Shown: positions 26,480 to 40,186, numbered from the stretch's first letter. The stretch: DNA of 64,000 nt from Octopus vulgaris (GCA_951406725.2 OX597819.1:22568001-22632000); one strand, 5' to 3'. Notes: generated by a model not told the origin, from the sequence alone. Numbers and translations: made by a program.

Positions 26480-28305
26480 TTGTTCTTTTTTCTTCTTTTT
26501 TTAAAAATACAATGAGGCAATAAATCTCTTACACAGTTCAAAATTTAAAATAAAACACAAACACGAGGCAATAATCCTCTCACTTTTTACATTTTTAGTC
26601 TCTTTTTTGAGGTAATACACCTCTTCAATTTTCCGCCCGGCCAGGCTCCTCGCTTCATCGAAGCACCTGAAGGAGTCCTTCGGGAAGGAGTCCGTTATCC
26701 TGTACAGATCGTTCTCCCATATGACCTTCGCAACCACCTGCGAAGGCCACTCAGGGTCCTCCGTGTAGGACAGAAGCCCCTCCCACCGGCACTTCCTTTC
26801 AATTTTTTTGATTTCCTTTTGCAAGGTGGAAGAGGAGCAAAAATTCCTCCTCCAGCCGCACACCCGCCAAAGGAGAATCGGGACACGCCTGCAGCGTGTC
26901 ACAACCCACCGGCAATGTCCCATTTTTCTTTTTTCTTTTCTTTTTCCCTTGGGCTGCGGGAGGGTGGTGTTCCCTTGCTGTGTCTAGCAGGTCCTCCTTT
27001 TCTCCCGCAGCTCTCGGGTTCTTCGGTGGGCAACCATTGTTGCTCACCTTTCGCTTTCGTTTTGTCGAGGAGGTGGAAACTTCCTCGACATCCTCCTCCT
27101 TCTCTCCCTCCATTGAGGGAGCAGGGAGTGGTTCCTCTGTTAACTGTCCCAGGATCCTATTTTGGTCCTTGGGGCAGTTTTTCTTGATATGGCCGGTCTC
27201 CAGGCAAAGGTGACACTTGGGGGGGGGGGGCTCTCGCGAGCATCACCGGATACCTAGACCCGACCATCCTAAAAAAATTGGGAAAACCAGACTTTCGGCT
27301 GATTGGGTCCATAGGGTCAACACAGCTTTTGACCCCTCCCAATCAGCCGCAGGCAAAATTTTTACGTTGAGCAGCTTAGTACTGCTACCACAGAGACCCC
27401 GGCGGATAGAGTCCTCTATCCACTCGGGCTCAATTCCGAGTGGCAAGCCGCAAACCCAAGCCCTCGTTAACTTCTTTCCACAATAACTGGGAAGAAACAT
27501 TATTTCCTTCCCCTCGAGGGGCCGTCTTGCAAAATCGCAAGCTTCTTTGGGAGAGTCAAATAGCAACCAGACCGTTGCAAATTTGACTTCCCGTGAAATA
27601 AATTTAATAGCTGTCATGTATTCTGCCAGCTCTTTCAAAATTGTGGCTTTCGGGAAGACGGTTATGGTATCGAGTGACTTTGAATAAGTCCTCAACACCA
27701 CCGTCTTCCTTTCGAGCTCTTTTAGCCATGATTTGGGAGGTGTTAATTCCCACACTAATATTTCCTTTGCCATATTTTTTTAAAATAAAAAGTTCAAAAA
27801 CAGTTCGTCAATACGTTTTCAAATAAAGAAAGATAGACAGAAAAAGAAAGAAGATACAACAGAAGGGAAGAAAAAATAAAAATAACAGTTCAAATAAAGA
27901 CCTTTTTTTTTTCAATAAATGATAGCTGTGAAAAGAGAGTTCAAATTCAGGCAAAGAAATAAATTTTCGGCTGAAAGGTACTCCTGGCCAATCCTTTTAA
28001 TCCACGTGGCACAAAAATTTTCAAATACAATTTCTCACAAGTATGTGAGACAACACACACGTCTCCACTGCAAGGCAGACAAAAAGCTCCGAATCTACTA
28101 AGGACTCCCTGCCTGTTGGACAGGCAACAAATCCTACCGGACTCAAAAAGCAAAAAGTCTTACCTTACAGCAGAGCGTCTTTCAGTTCAACTTTCGCCAG
28201 GTGCATACCAGCGTGACGACTTCAACGGGTGCGTGATGAACACTGTTTTTATTCTTTTTTCTATTTATGACGGAGCTCAAAGCTAGACGTTTTCACAGTT
28301 CAACC
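26480..28305 (-). mobile_element. Tx1/L1-type element, ORF1 (gag-like) only
   Basis: RRM-like ORF 27243-27773, CCHC knuckle (CHLCLETGHIKKNC) at ~27175-27215, and a charged C-terminus. No RT. Confidence 0.75.
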
Positions 28306-28342
28306 GGAAACAAGTTTCTTACCACACAACAACACTTGCGCC

Positions 28343-28409
<67 letters not shown>

Positions 28410-28689
28410 TGATCGAAGTGCACGGAATTATATATTCGTATATCCGTTCCAATCTGGGAGATGAGCAAAGCGTAACATAATTCAGTTGTCCCCTAACATC
28501 CGGTTTAACAAATAGTTCGAAGCCGATTGGTAAGGTCGGCTGTAAAGGATACATAATGATGTACACATCAATTAATATATCCGCTACTGACAGATATTTG
28601 AGTGCATTCTTTTTCTCAGTGGTGGATAATTAAACGGGTATATACGCATACATACATACACACATATTGGTATACGAATGCTAGTAATA

Positions 28690-28731
<42 letters not shown>

Positions 28732-28765
28732 CATACATACATACATACATACATACATACATACA

Positions 28766-28801
<36 letters not shown>

Positions 28802-28899
28802 TGTATACTGATCGAAGTGCACAGAATTACATATCCGTATATATATATATCTATATATATATATACGTATAGATGTATGTACATATACGTATGTATATA

Positions 28900-28966
<67 letters not shown>

Positions 28967-29433
28967 GTATAATAGCAAGAAAGAGTAAGTCAAAAGTCAA
29001 TATTTGTAGCATGGATAAAACACTGATTTCCATACCTCATTATACTTTATTCATATTCATTCTGTTTATAGTATACACATTAAAGAGATTAAAGAATTCT
29101 AAACATGAAATTTTTGTTTAGCATTCAACTCGATCCTCATAGACCGCGTAGTCTCCCTTCGCAAAATTATGATCTACTCTGCAAACTGTAACAGAAAATA
29201 TTGTTTGTTAATAGAAAATTGCGTCGAATTTTTGTTTGAATTTGCTAGAAAAAATACTAACTCCTATAAATTTCTTAGAATTTTCTGAACATTAGTAGTA
29301 TGCCTGGAATAAAATATATAGTTGAAATACAGAAAGCAATATTATCATTAAAATTCGACAATGTATTTACAAAAGATGCTACTCGTTCCTGCATGCGTAC
29401 ATCCAGTCATACACACATACACTCATAAATACA

Positions 29434-29469
<36 letters not shown>

Positions 29470-29890
29470 CACATACACACACACACGCACATACGCACAT
29501 ACATTCATACATTGATGTACATATATGTATTATAAATATATATATAATAAAATCAACAATACATAAATATATGCATATATACATATATATATGTATATAC
29601 CCACATATATATATATGTATATATACATGCATATATGGGCACAGGACATCAAAAACACCTTTAACACAATGAGAAACGAAACAAAAACACACGCATAGAA
29701 AACGCCTTTTTTTCGAACAACGAAAAAAAACAACAAATAAACGAGAAATGCAACGTAAAGAATATTCCCCTTCATCATTTGTCCCTGTTTCATCTACACG
29801 GCGTTATGAAGGCAAAGACAATACGCGACCTCGTTGAAATAGTCCTTCCCGCAATGCAAATTAAATCATATTATATTATATTATATTTAT

Positions 29891-29996
<106 letters not shown>

Positions 29997-31084
29997 ATAT
30001 GTATGTATGTATGTATGTATATGTATATGTACATGCATATATATGTATAATACTTACATGAATAGATAAAAACGCAGATAAACACGCATGGGCTACATGA
30101 AATAACATACGAACATATACATGTAAATGTATAGAGAAAAGCAAAAACTGAAATTATTCGGAAGATGAACACTCAAGTATAAACATACAAGTGGAGGCGT
30201 AATGGCCCAGTGGTTAGGGCAGCGGACTCGCTTTAAAACTGTGGAGTGCTCGGCCACTTACACATTAATTTCACGGGCAAGCCGTTCCTTTGATCGGATC
30301 AACTGGAATCCTCGTCGTCGTAACCAACGGAGTGCCACCATAAGCATACAGATATATACAAAGTTTGGTAAAGAGAAATTCAGTACGTTGTACTTGAAAT
30401 ATTTCTAGCATACTGATGTGAACTGCTGATTGCCGATCTTTCCTCCTTGACGAAGGTGGCCGGCATTAGGGTAATGTTTATATCCATCCGCTAATGCTTT
30501 CATAACCTTGAATTTTTGCATAATCTATCTGCCAAGTTTGAATATTACAACTATTACGTAAATCTGATACCCTGAAAACATATGTCGGACTTAAAATACC
30601 ATGACTTCTCCCCTTATCTTTCTGTAATTTGTATTCTATGCAAATTTATTAATGTTGTGAATATATAATTATCTATATACGGATACGTGAGTATTCATCA
30701 TCTGAATATTTTGAATTTTTGGCTCACATAAACATATTTGACATCAACAAAAGATGAAGAATAGAGAAACGCCGAAGCAAATATATCCAAAACCATTTCA
30801 TTTGTAATAAACGTTTATTTTACACACGACACTCCAAACTATATTGGGTACCTTAGCATTTAAATCTTGCACACACACACACACACATTTACATAAAAGC
30901 TACACTAAATTCCATGCTTAAATAGAACAATAATCGTAAGTAAAGTGTATGATCATAGTACTTTCCGGGGGCTGAAACTTATAGTAGCTCATATGTAATT
31001 TCTGCCTTTATTTAAAAGATATTTATGTGCCACTGTATGGCCTATATTTTAACACTCCTTCTCCTCCTCCTCCTCCTCCTCCTC

Positions 31085-31160
<76 letters not shown>

Positions 31161-31161
<1 letters not shown>

Positions 31162-31602
31162 CGATACACACAGATAGAGAAATTAAGGCCAACAGGCCAG
31201 ATATAGTTGTCAGAGATCATGAAGAAAAAAAGTGATTTCTAATTGATGTATCAATACCAGAAGATGACAACGTGTCTCTAAAAGAAATGGAGAAACTCAA
31301 AATACAAAGACCTGGAAATAGAGATAAGCAGAATGTGGAATCTGAAAACAGAAACAATTCCTATCATAGTAGGTGCATTAGGCATGATAAAAAATATTCA
31401 AACAAATACATAACAAAAACACCAGGACTTACAAACACATATTGCATACAGAAAATAGCACTACTAGACACTGCATACATCCTACGCAGAACACTTTCCA
31501 TACGATAACCATCAGAGCATCACAACAAATCACAGCACATACCCAAGGCACACAGAGCTGCGCTCGGTAGTGAAGTGAAAGCACGCTATAAAAATAAAAC
31601 TA

Positions 31603-31640
<38 letters not shown>
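31161..31640 (+). mobile_element. 5'-truncated R4/Dong family 1 copy
   Basis: Near-identical to 21546-21990 and flanked by (AAT)n. Confidence 0.92.
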
Positions 31641-31671
<31 letters not shown>

Positions 31672-33046
31672 AAGAAGAAGAAGAAGAAGAAGAAGAAGAA
31701 GAAGAATAACGGGCTGAATAACAACATGGATGTTCCCTGGGAGCCTCTCTCCAAAAAATGAATTTAATCCAACAACATCGTTGCAATGGAAGAAAGGTTC
31801 CACAAAATATCTTTTCCAAACTTTCTTTTAAGGCAAAGTAACTAAAAAGTCCGAACTATTATTGCCATATATAGTATGGTTTTCTTTCTTTTATGCATAA
31901 TAATTCCATGTGACATGCATAAGAAATAGAAGCGAACATCAGAGCTCTTGAAAGACAGTAAGTACATAAATTGATTAATTAATTAATTAATTAAATAAGT
32001 ATACATGCAACTGTTTATGCATACACGTAGACATTTTAATTGTAAAGTATACATGCAACTGTTTGTGCATACATGTACACATTTTAATTATAAAGCATAA
32101 ATAATGCTTACACGCGCTCACACGTACACACAGAAAGAAAAACCACGTTACGCGAACGAAAACAAAACAAAAACAAAGCGATTTTTCACGAACAAACGCA
32201 AAAAAGAGCAAATTGGTCACTGAATTTAGAAAGTCACTACACAGTTATGCCCGGAAACATGACTACCAAAATAAATAGAGGCGAATTTCGATCTGTAAGT
32301 CTTATGCGAGTTCGATATGAACAATATATTAATTCGGAGAATTCAGAAGCGGTGTCTTGTCAAAAAATTGACCCTGTACAAACACTCCCTTCTTCTAACG
32401 ACACCGTCACAGAGGCGGCGTCTTGTCAAAAAGTTGACTCTGAAAAAATGGACCCCTCTGATGTCGCCGTCAATCATTTAATGAAAACAAGCCAAAAATC
32501 ATGCCGGATCGGTCATCGCCCGGGACAACAAGGACCGCGTTACCCAGTAGGGAACCAGACTGGGGTCGAAAAGTTTGCTGCTGGAACAAACTCTCAAAAA
32601 GACGATCTACCAGGTGACCAGAACCAGAATACTTCTATCTCTGGACTTGTAGTGACACCACCAAAAACACCACCTAAAGCAAAACGTATAAAATGGACCA
32701 GAGAGGACTATAGAGATGTGTTGAAAGCTTTTTATACAGCCCAACTAAACCCAAATAATAACCTCAGTGTACAAACATACATCTCATGGAGAAATTCAGT
32801 AGGCAATGACGTACGTAGATATATAGACGCAAATAAATTAAGTAATGTACGCAGAGATATAATTAAAAACAAAAGACTAACTGACGCTGAAATTGACAAA
32901 ATTAGGACACTGATAGCTCATGGTAGACCAAAGAAAACAGCAACAATGTAGAGGAAATAGGTAACAGTAGCACAGAAGCTAGTGTACAAGCGGCAAATCA
33001 ACTTCCCAATGGGGAAGTTAAACAAAGAATAGCGAAGACGAGAGAT

Positions 33047-35122
33047 TTGAAAAAAGAGGAGAACGTAGACCTTTCTCAAGAAAACCAAAATAGATATGAC
33101 ATAGAATTTGAGGTGAATAATAGAGAAAAGATTATGGAAGCAAAAGTGGACATTATGAGAGAACTTGGCAAGATTGAGCTCACTGACATGGTTAATAGAG
33201 AACCACTACCAAAGTTTTCAAATGGCACAAGAAATAACAACACAATCATGACATACAACGTTGCCCTAGGACAGATCTTAAGAAATAAGGGGAATGATTT
33301 GACAACCTTAAATAATCTCATTTATTCCACTGCTAAAGTAGTAACTACCCAACTAGGTATTAAGATGACAAAGAAAAAGGCCAGGCATGTCAATGAACCT
33401 CCTAAGTGGAAAGTAGCGATACAAAAAGAGATTGAATCTCTGCGGGCGGATGTTTCAGTTCTCGATGAGCTTGCTAGAGGAGTGAATATTAAGCCGAGAA
33501 AAGCTAGAAAAATCAAGCAAAAATATAAAATCAAAGATCTCATAAACCTCCCTGCAACTAAGGAACTGTTGAAACAACGGATACAGTTGAAAGCTCAACG
33601 GCTTAGAAGGTATGACAAAAGAAACAAATTTTATCGACAAAATAAAGTTTTTAAGACAGATGCAAAGAAATTTTATAGGGAAATTGGCAAAAATAAAATA
33701 CACATAGAAGATCCACCTAAGATTGAGGAAGTGGAGGAGTTCTGGAAGAAGGTATGGAGCAACGAAAAAGAGTTTAATGCTGAGGCTGACTGGATAGAAC
33801 GTGAGAAAGAGAGACTGGATGAACTTGAAGAACAGAAATGGGAAGCAATAGGAATAGAGGAGCTAAGGTGTGTCCTTAGGAAGGCTCATAAATGGAAAAC
33901 CCCAGGACTGGATCGGATCCCTAACTTCTGGCTGAATTGTTTGACAGAGGTACACGAACATCTCGCTGCATCTCTGTCTGATGTCATTCAGAACCCAGAG
34001 CAAATACCTGCTTGGCTGACTGAAGGAACCACCTACCTATTACCTAAAACCGAAGACACAAAAAACCCGAAGAATTACCGGCCAATAACATGTCTCAACA
34101 CCACCTACAAAATCCTCACATCCATAATAACGGAGAGAATGTACGCTTTCCTTGAACAAAATTCTATCCTTCCACAAGCTCAAAAAGGTTGTAAAAGAAA
34201 CTCTTATGGGTGCAAAGACCAATTGCTCATAAACAGAATGACTGTAGAGAATTGCCGGAGCAAAAACAAAAACCTGAGTATGGCATGGATAGACTACAGG
34301 AAAGCGTATGACAGTGTCCCACATAAATGGATACTCAAGGCCCTTGAGATATACAAGATCTCTCCTGTCGTCTCAAAATTCTTAGAGAATAGCATGACCA
34401 TGTGGAACACACGTCTCTTTCTAAGCCATAGTAATGGGATGAGCCAGTCCAACAGCATCAACATCAAACGAGGCATCTTTCAAGGTGACTCCCTCTCTCC
34501 ATTACTTTTTTGCATGGCACTGATCCCACTCTCAAACGAATTGGATAGTACCAGATATGGGTACAAAGTTTTTAGTAAATTAATAAACCATCTTTTCTAT
34601 ATGGACGACCTAAAGCTGTTTGCCAGGAATGACCAAGAGCTAGAAGGGCTGCTAACAACTGTTAAAGAGTTTAGCAATGATATCGGAATGGATTTTGGCC
34701 TTGATAAGTGTGCTAAAGCAACTTTTGTAAGAGGCAAGCTCAGGCAAACAGCTTCTGTTAAATTAGATATTGACACTACCATCAAGGAACTTGACCCACA
34801 GGAAAGTTACAAATACCTAGGAATCAACGAAGGAGATGGTATACATCATGCTACTATGAAGGAAAAAATAAGAAAGGAATACTATAGGAGAATAAGGCTT
34901 GTACTGAAGACTGAACTCAACTCCAAAAATTGCATTGAGGCCATTAACACCCTGGCACTTCCAGTAGTCCAGTACAGTTTTAATATCATTAACTGGAACC
35001 TTACGGAACTCCAACGCTTAGACAGGAAGACAAGAAAGTTACTGACATCCAAGAGCATGCACCACCCTAAGGCAGATGTAGACCGCTTGTACCTACCTAG
35101 AAGCAGCGGGGGAGAGGAATGA
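33047..35122 (+). CDS. Reverse transcriptase portion of the R4/Dong ORF
   Basis: YRPITCL, DYRKAYDSV, GIFQGDSLSPLLF, FYMDDLK and YKYLG motifs. Confidence 0.95.
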   Translation: MKKEENVDLSQENQNRYDIEFEVNNREKIMEAKVDIMRELGKIELTDMVNREPLPKFSNGTRNNNTIMTYNVALGQILRNKGNDLTTLNNLIYSTAKVVTTQLGIKMTKKKARHVNEPPKWKVAIQKEIESLRADVSVLDELARGVNIKPRKARKIKQKYKIKDLINLPATKELLKQRIQLKAQRLRRYDKRNKFYRQNKVFKTDAKKFYREIGKNKIHIEDPPKIEEVEEFWKKVWSNEKEFNAEADWIEREKERLDELEEQKWEAIGIEELRCVLRKAHKWKTPGLDRIPNFWLNCLTEVHEHLAASLSDVIQNPEQIPAWLTEGTTYLLPKTEDTKNPKNYRPITCLNTTYKILTSIITERMYAFLEQNSILPQAQKGCKRNSYGCKDQLLINRMTVENCRSKNKNLSMAWIDYRKAYDSVPHKWILKALEIYKISPVVSKFLENSMTMWNTRLFLSHSNGMSQSNSINIKRGIFQGDSLSPLLFCMALIPLSNELDSTRYGYKVFSKLINHLFYMDDLKLFARNDQELEGLLTTVKEFSNDIGMDFGLDKCAKATFVRGKLRQTASVKLDIDTTIKELDPQESYKYLGINEGDGIHHATMKEKIRKEYYRRIRLVLKTELNSKNCIEAINTLALPVVQYSFNIINWNLTELQRLDRKTRKLLTSKSMHHPKADVDRLYLPRSSGGEE

Positions 35123-36150
35123 TGCAATTAGAGCTGTGCTATAAGACCTCTACTGTAGAAATGAACAGGTACCTATCTAGTACAAAGGACTGGATGCTGC
35201 GACTTGTGTGCGAACACGAAAGCAACAAAAAGCTGCATTCTATTGTCAAGGAAGCTTATAAGTTCGAAAGGGAACTAGACATTAACCTTGAATCAGATGA
35301 AGAGCTGGAAACCACTGCTACCAAGCAAGCAAAGCGAATCAAGCAGACTGCAAAAAAGAACGGGCAGAATCAAATTGAGAGGCGGTGGAGCCAGAAGCCC
35401 CTGCATGGACAATATATTCTCCGAAGCCAAAATGCTGATGTAGACCAAGCAACAACCCATCAGTGGCTGAAGAGCTCTGGATTGAAAGCAGAGACTGAAG
35501 GTTTCATAATGGCAGCACAAGATCAAAGCTTGTTTACCAGAAATTACCAGGCTAACGTTCTCCGAAACGGTACTGACCCTAAATGCAGATTCTGCGACAC
35601 ATTTGACGAAACGATAGACCATCTCGTTTCGGGATGTCCTGTGCTGACACCAAACGAATACAAAAATCGCCACGATAGGGTAGGACAGTATATACATTGG
35701 AAGATATGTAAACACTACAAATCCGACACTCCTGCTAACTGGTATGAACACCATCCTCAGCCAGTTGTTGAAGGTAAAGATGTCACCATCCTCTGGGATT
35801 TTCCAGTCAACACTGACAGAACGATCAAGGCTAATCGACCAGACATAATTGTTAAAGACAGGGAAGAAAATACCTGCAGACTAATAGAAGTAAGCGTCCC
35901 CACTGATAAAAATGTATCTGTCAAGGAATTTGACAAACTTAGTAAATATAAGGACCTGGAAATCGAAATACAGAGGATGTGGAATCTTAAAACAAAAACT
36001 GTTCCTGTTATTGTAGGTGCCCTAGGTATGATAAAAAAGGGATGTCAGAAACACCTAGACAATATCCCTGGAAAACCATGTCTCAAGGAAATCCAAAAGA
36101 TTGTGCTAACAAGTACTGCCCACATCCTTAGAAAAACCCTATCAATGTAA
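35119..36150 (+). CDS. CCHC zinc finger plus restriction-like endonuclease portion of the R4/Dong ORF
   Basis: CRFC..ETIDHLVSGC, RHD, RPDIIV..IEV and KLSKYKDL. Confidence 0.93.
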   Translation: MMQLELCYKTSTVEMNRYLSSTKDWMLRLVCEHESNKKLHSIVKEAYKFERELDINLESDEELETTATKQAKRIKQTAKKNGQNQIERRWSQKPLHGQYILRSQNADVDQATTHQWLKSSGLKAETEGFIMAAQDQSLFTRNYQANVLRNGTDPKCRFCDTFDETIDHLVSGCPVLTPNEYKNRHDRVGQYIHWKICKHYKSDTPANWYEHHPQPVVEGKDVTILWDFPVNTDRTIKANRPDIIVKDREENTCRLIEVSVPTDKNVSVKEFDKLSKYKDLEIEIQRMWNLKTKTVPVIVGALGMIKKGCQKHLDNIPGKPCLKEIQKIVLTSTAHILRKTLSM

Positions 36151-36627
36151 ATGTCTGTGTTTGCATTACATGGAGATATATCTCTACTTCCCCTCCCCAA
36201 GCTTTCAGCTATATTTCAACAACTCTTAACCTTCACTTGCCCTAGGGCGCTGGGTGTGCCCCGGCAGGTGATTGCATCAAACATGCAGATTAAAAGTAAA
36301 TGACAATAATAATAATAATAATAATAATACTACAAACATCATCACAATAACCACCAACACGGCCTCCATCACCAACACCACCATCACCATCACCGCCACT
36401 GTTGATAACATATATGTTTTAAACAGTCATTGGATAGATAAAAAAATAAGGCAAAAGAAGAGGGAATAAAATATTCGAAGCAACATACTTTGATCATACT
36501 GGAGTTTTCCTCCCTCGTCTCCTGTGATTCTGCAGTAAAGCTTTAAACAACGGTAGTTATAGGAACCAAACGCAAATTCACTTCTGCTCAAACATTGTCC
36601 ATCAGTGTCTTTGCAAACTGAAGATAA

Positions 36628-36694
<67 letters not shown>

Positions 36695-36696
<2 letters not shown>

Positions 36697-36963
36697 GAAG
36701 GTTTGGAGATGATGTACAGGTATTATATATTAGAGGAAATGAGGTAATCAGAAGATCGGATGGTTCATTTTCCTCCCCACCACTACGAAACTCTATAAAA
36801 TTATTAAAATTCCCCACAAAGGAATTATTTTGATTTGAAAACCCCACTAGAATGGGAGAAAGCGCTAATGATCTGAATGATATGATATATATATGTAAAA
36901 AATGTAATATATAAATAAATATCTGTAAATATGAACCATCCGATCTTCTGATTACCTCATTTC

Positions 36964-36971
<8 letters not shown>
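36695..36971. mobile_element. TA-inserted element with ~45 bp inverted arms
   Basis: attagaggaaatgaggtaatcagaagatcggatggttcat has its reverse complement at ~36930-36970. (TA)n on both sides. Confidence 0.75.
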
Positions 36972-36995
<24 letters not shown>

Positions 36996-37809
36996 CATTT
37001 GTGCTTGTGTGTGTGTATCATAGGTACGGGTAAAAGGCTTGCTCCCCAGCCATGTGGTTCTGGGTTCATTCCCACTGCGTGGCACCTTAGGTGTCTTCTA
37101 CTATAGCGCTCGGGCCGACCAAAGGGCTGTGAGTGGATTTGGTAGATGGAAGCTGAAAGAATCTTCTCGTATATATACGTATTTATAAATCTGTGCGTGT
37201 GTGAGTGTTTGTTCTTCCATCCCCAACCGGTGTTTGTGTGTTTATAACCGATATTGGTGTTAGCAACAAGTGTTAGTGTACTACGCTCAAAATAAAAAAA
37301 ATATTGACTACAGTTGATTCATTCGACTAAAAATTCAAGACCGTGCTCTAACATGGCCGCTGTCTAATGACTGAAACACGTAAATGATGAAACTTAAATG
37401 AATGAGAAAAGAACATGGAATTAGATAGTGGCCTTCACTAGCTTTCAGCTGTTACTGCAATGGCAAGCTGTGGCTTCACATTTCAGTGCTTGTGTGTCAC
37501 AATATAACTTCAACAATGAACAGCGATTTTATTTGGGAAGGCAAGACTTCTGTGAATATATAAACGCTTAAACAAATGAAAGTGCATATCATTTTGAAGC
37601 TGAGATGAAGCTATAGAATGATACACAAACACTTCATTATGAGTGAATTATATTTTATATGAGAAATAATTGCAAAATAATGACGGTCATTATATTGATT
37701 TCATGATCCCTTGTCATTTATTTAAGTTTTCATTACATGCTCTGACTAACGGTTTTTCTGAAGCTTATCTATAATGAATTTTTACGCCAGATCATTAGTA
37801 TCCCTATGC

Positions 37810-37879
<70 letters not shown>

Positions 37880-37883
37880 GGTA

Positions 37884-37958
<75 letters not shown>

Positions 37959-38011
37959 TATAAACATACACATACATATATATAATATACATATATATAT
38001 ATGTGTGTGTG

Positions 38012-38066
<55 letters not shown>

Positions 38067-38141
38067 TTATATATATATATATATACATATATATTACTCT
38101 TACGCAAGAACATAATTAACAGTAATTCGTAATTAGATGTT

Positions 38142-38308
38142 TCAGCCAGTTATGACATCGTCGGACACATATAATTTCATTATATATGTGACGGCTAGAG
38201 CCAAATTACTATTATTTCTATAATTTTTTTCATATTTTTGGAATGCTTTAAAAGGGTGCTTCACGAAATGTCTGCATTTTCTATTATACTTATTATACTC
38301 ACACATAC
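38142..38308 (-). CDS. Third coding exon of Cys-rich gene B: (C)[14 protein letters not shown]...; 3' part uncertain
   Basis: tttcAG acceptor. The phase-1 junction T+GT creates a Cys. Open to TGA at 38142. Confidence 0.5.
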
Positions 38309-38564
38309 CTGAAACGTACGTTGTAAACGTTTTCGGGATCTTACTATTTGCTTTGATTTCATCATTATTACACACATAGTCACAGAGACACAGAAACATG
38401 CACACACAGGAGTGGCGGTGTGGTAAGTAGCTTGCTTACCAACCACATGGTTCCGGGTTCAGTCCCACTGCGTGGCATCTTGGGCAAGTGTCTTCAGCTA
38501 TAGCCCCGGGCCGACCAATACCTTGTGAGTGGATTTGGTAGACGGAAACTGAAAGAAGCCTGTC

Positions 38565-38622
<58 letters not shown>

Positions 38623-38841
38623 ATATGTTTGTGTGTCTGTGTTTGTCACCCTAGCATTGCTTGACAACTGATGCTGGTGTGTTTATGTCTATATATTGTC
38701 GCTCCAGCACTCAAATCTGCGTGCATATTTTTTACATTAGAAACAACGGTAAGCTAATGAAAATCATTTCGCCACTATTCTATTTATACCTTCAATAAAT
38801 TGAGTTTCATACATTTCTATATACATACGTACATATATGTG

Positions 38842-38927
<86 letters not shown>

Positions 38928-39266
38928 ATACATATATGTGTATATAGGGAGAGTTTACGAAAAAAACAAAAGACGAAGTCAGGCGGTGTACAAAACAAAC
39001 AGATGTATTAGTATAACGCTCAGGAATAGAAAAAGTCTTTGACGTTCGAGCCTACGCTCTTCTACAGAAAGGGACACAGAAGAAACAAGAAGCGAAAAAA
39101 TGTGTTTAGTGGCTAACGATCTATCATGGCGACTAGTGCCATATATATATATATATATTCCTTAAATATGTAAGGTATTCAGGCATAGGAACATAACCAA
39201 TAGCTAACTCATCTGATATGAAAAATGTGAAGAAAGTATATCTATTAATTACTGCTTTTTACTTAC

Positions 39267-39392
39267 AGCTTCTCATTGTTTTCATGTCATCGTTGAGACA
39301 TGATATTTCGTCACAATCCTCCATAGATGGGTGTATAACCGTATGTTGTCCGGTACAAAAGCATTTTGCTTGATAGAAACAATCGCTACATT
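39267..39392 (-). CDS. Second coding exon (phase 1-1, 126 bp) of gene B: (E)CSDCFYQAKCFCTGQHTVIHPSMEDCDEISCLNDDMKTMRS
   Basis: Acceptor tttcctttacAG, donor GTAAGT, open symmetric frame with 6 Cys. Confidence 0.75.
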
Positions 39393-40119
39393 CTGTAAAG
39401 GAAATACATTTATGAAGGCTACAAAATAGGTTATCTTCGTTTTTGACGAGGTGGTTCAGTTTATATGGTTTAGCATAAATTCTGCTTGAATTAAATTCCT
39501 CCAATCATATTTGAATGTTAGATCTTAGTACGAATGTTAGATGTCGTTAGTGTCGTGATCGTGTGAATTACGAAAGCGCTAATGAGTAGAGGCCAGCAGA
39601 GTGGCCAATATTGACACCTTGTTTTCTTTATTATCAACCAAGCGTTCGATAAACAGCTGAAGCGACTTTGAGCATTAAACGTGCTGGATGATTGGCGAAC
39701 ATCACCTTGGAAAGCGTGATAATTAATTTCCAATCAAATATCGATGTAATTAGTATTTAGTAGACATATATTTCACTTTAAACATTTCGACTATATCAAT
39801 GTCATGCGAGTAAATTTTTATTGTATTTTCCTTTCAAATCCGCTTACTATTTTCATTCATTTTCTTTAAATATTAATTTTATTTTAGAAATTTACGTGAT
39901 GAGGATGGATAAGTTATCAACTATTCCTTGAAATGTTCAATGATGTTAGAAGTTTACCAACTTGCAACTAAGAGGGATGAAAAAGTTCATGGATATGACA
40001 AAAACGTGTTTTACATGTTACACGGAAAGAAATGGAACTTTTAAGGGGGTTATATTAGGATCGTATACATCCATCGTGTTCAGTGCAATAGATGATAACG
40101 TAAGAATATTGAAACTTAC

Positions 40120-40186
40120 CATTGTCACCAAACATATGACATTTAGGAATGATAAGGAAGAACAAAGTTACCGCAAATGTATACAT
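40120..40186 (-). CDS. Signal-peptide exon of gene B: MYTFAVTLFFLIIPKCHMFGDN
   Basis: ctaacAG directly before the ATG, a hydrophobic core, and a phase-1 GTAAGT donor that joins the next exon as GAA (Glu). Confidence 0.72.

Larger units (their letters stand above)
31710..36325 (+). mobile_element. Nearly intact full-length R4/Dong-type element (family 2)
   Basis: Three consecutive ORFs give the N-terminal domain, RT, CCHC and RLE, followed by an (AAT)n tail. The whole segment is absent from the duplicate locus. Confidence 0.95.

Noticed and set aside
30445-30520. ttgacga-agg...cctt-gaa motif
   Set aside because: No GAAA/UH or stem I; not a hammerhead.
39035-39072. Hammerhead-like motif on the minus strand (ctgtaga-a-gagc/gtag/gctc-gaa-cgtc)
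   Set aside because: A6 is substituted and GAAA is shortened. At best a dead relic, so it is not called.
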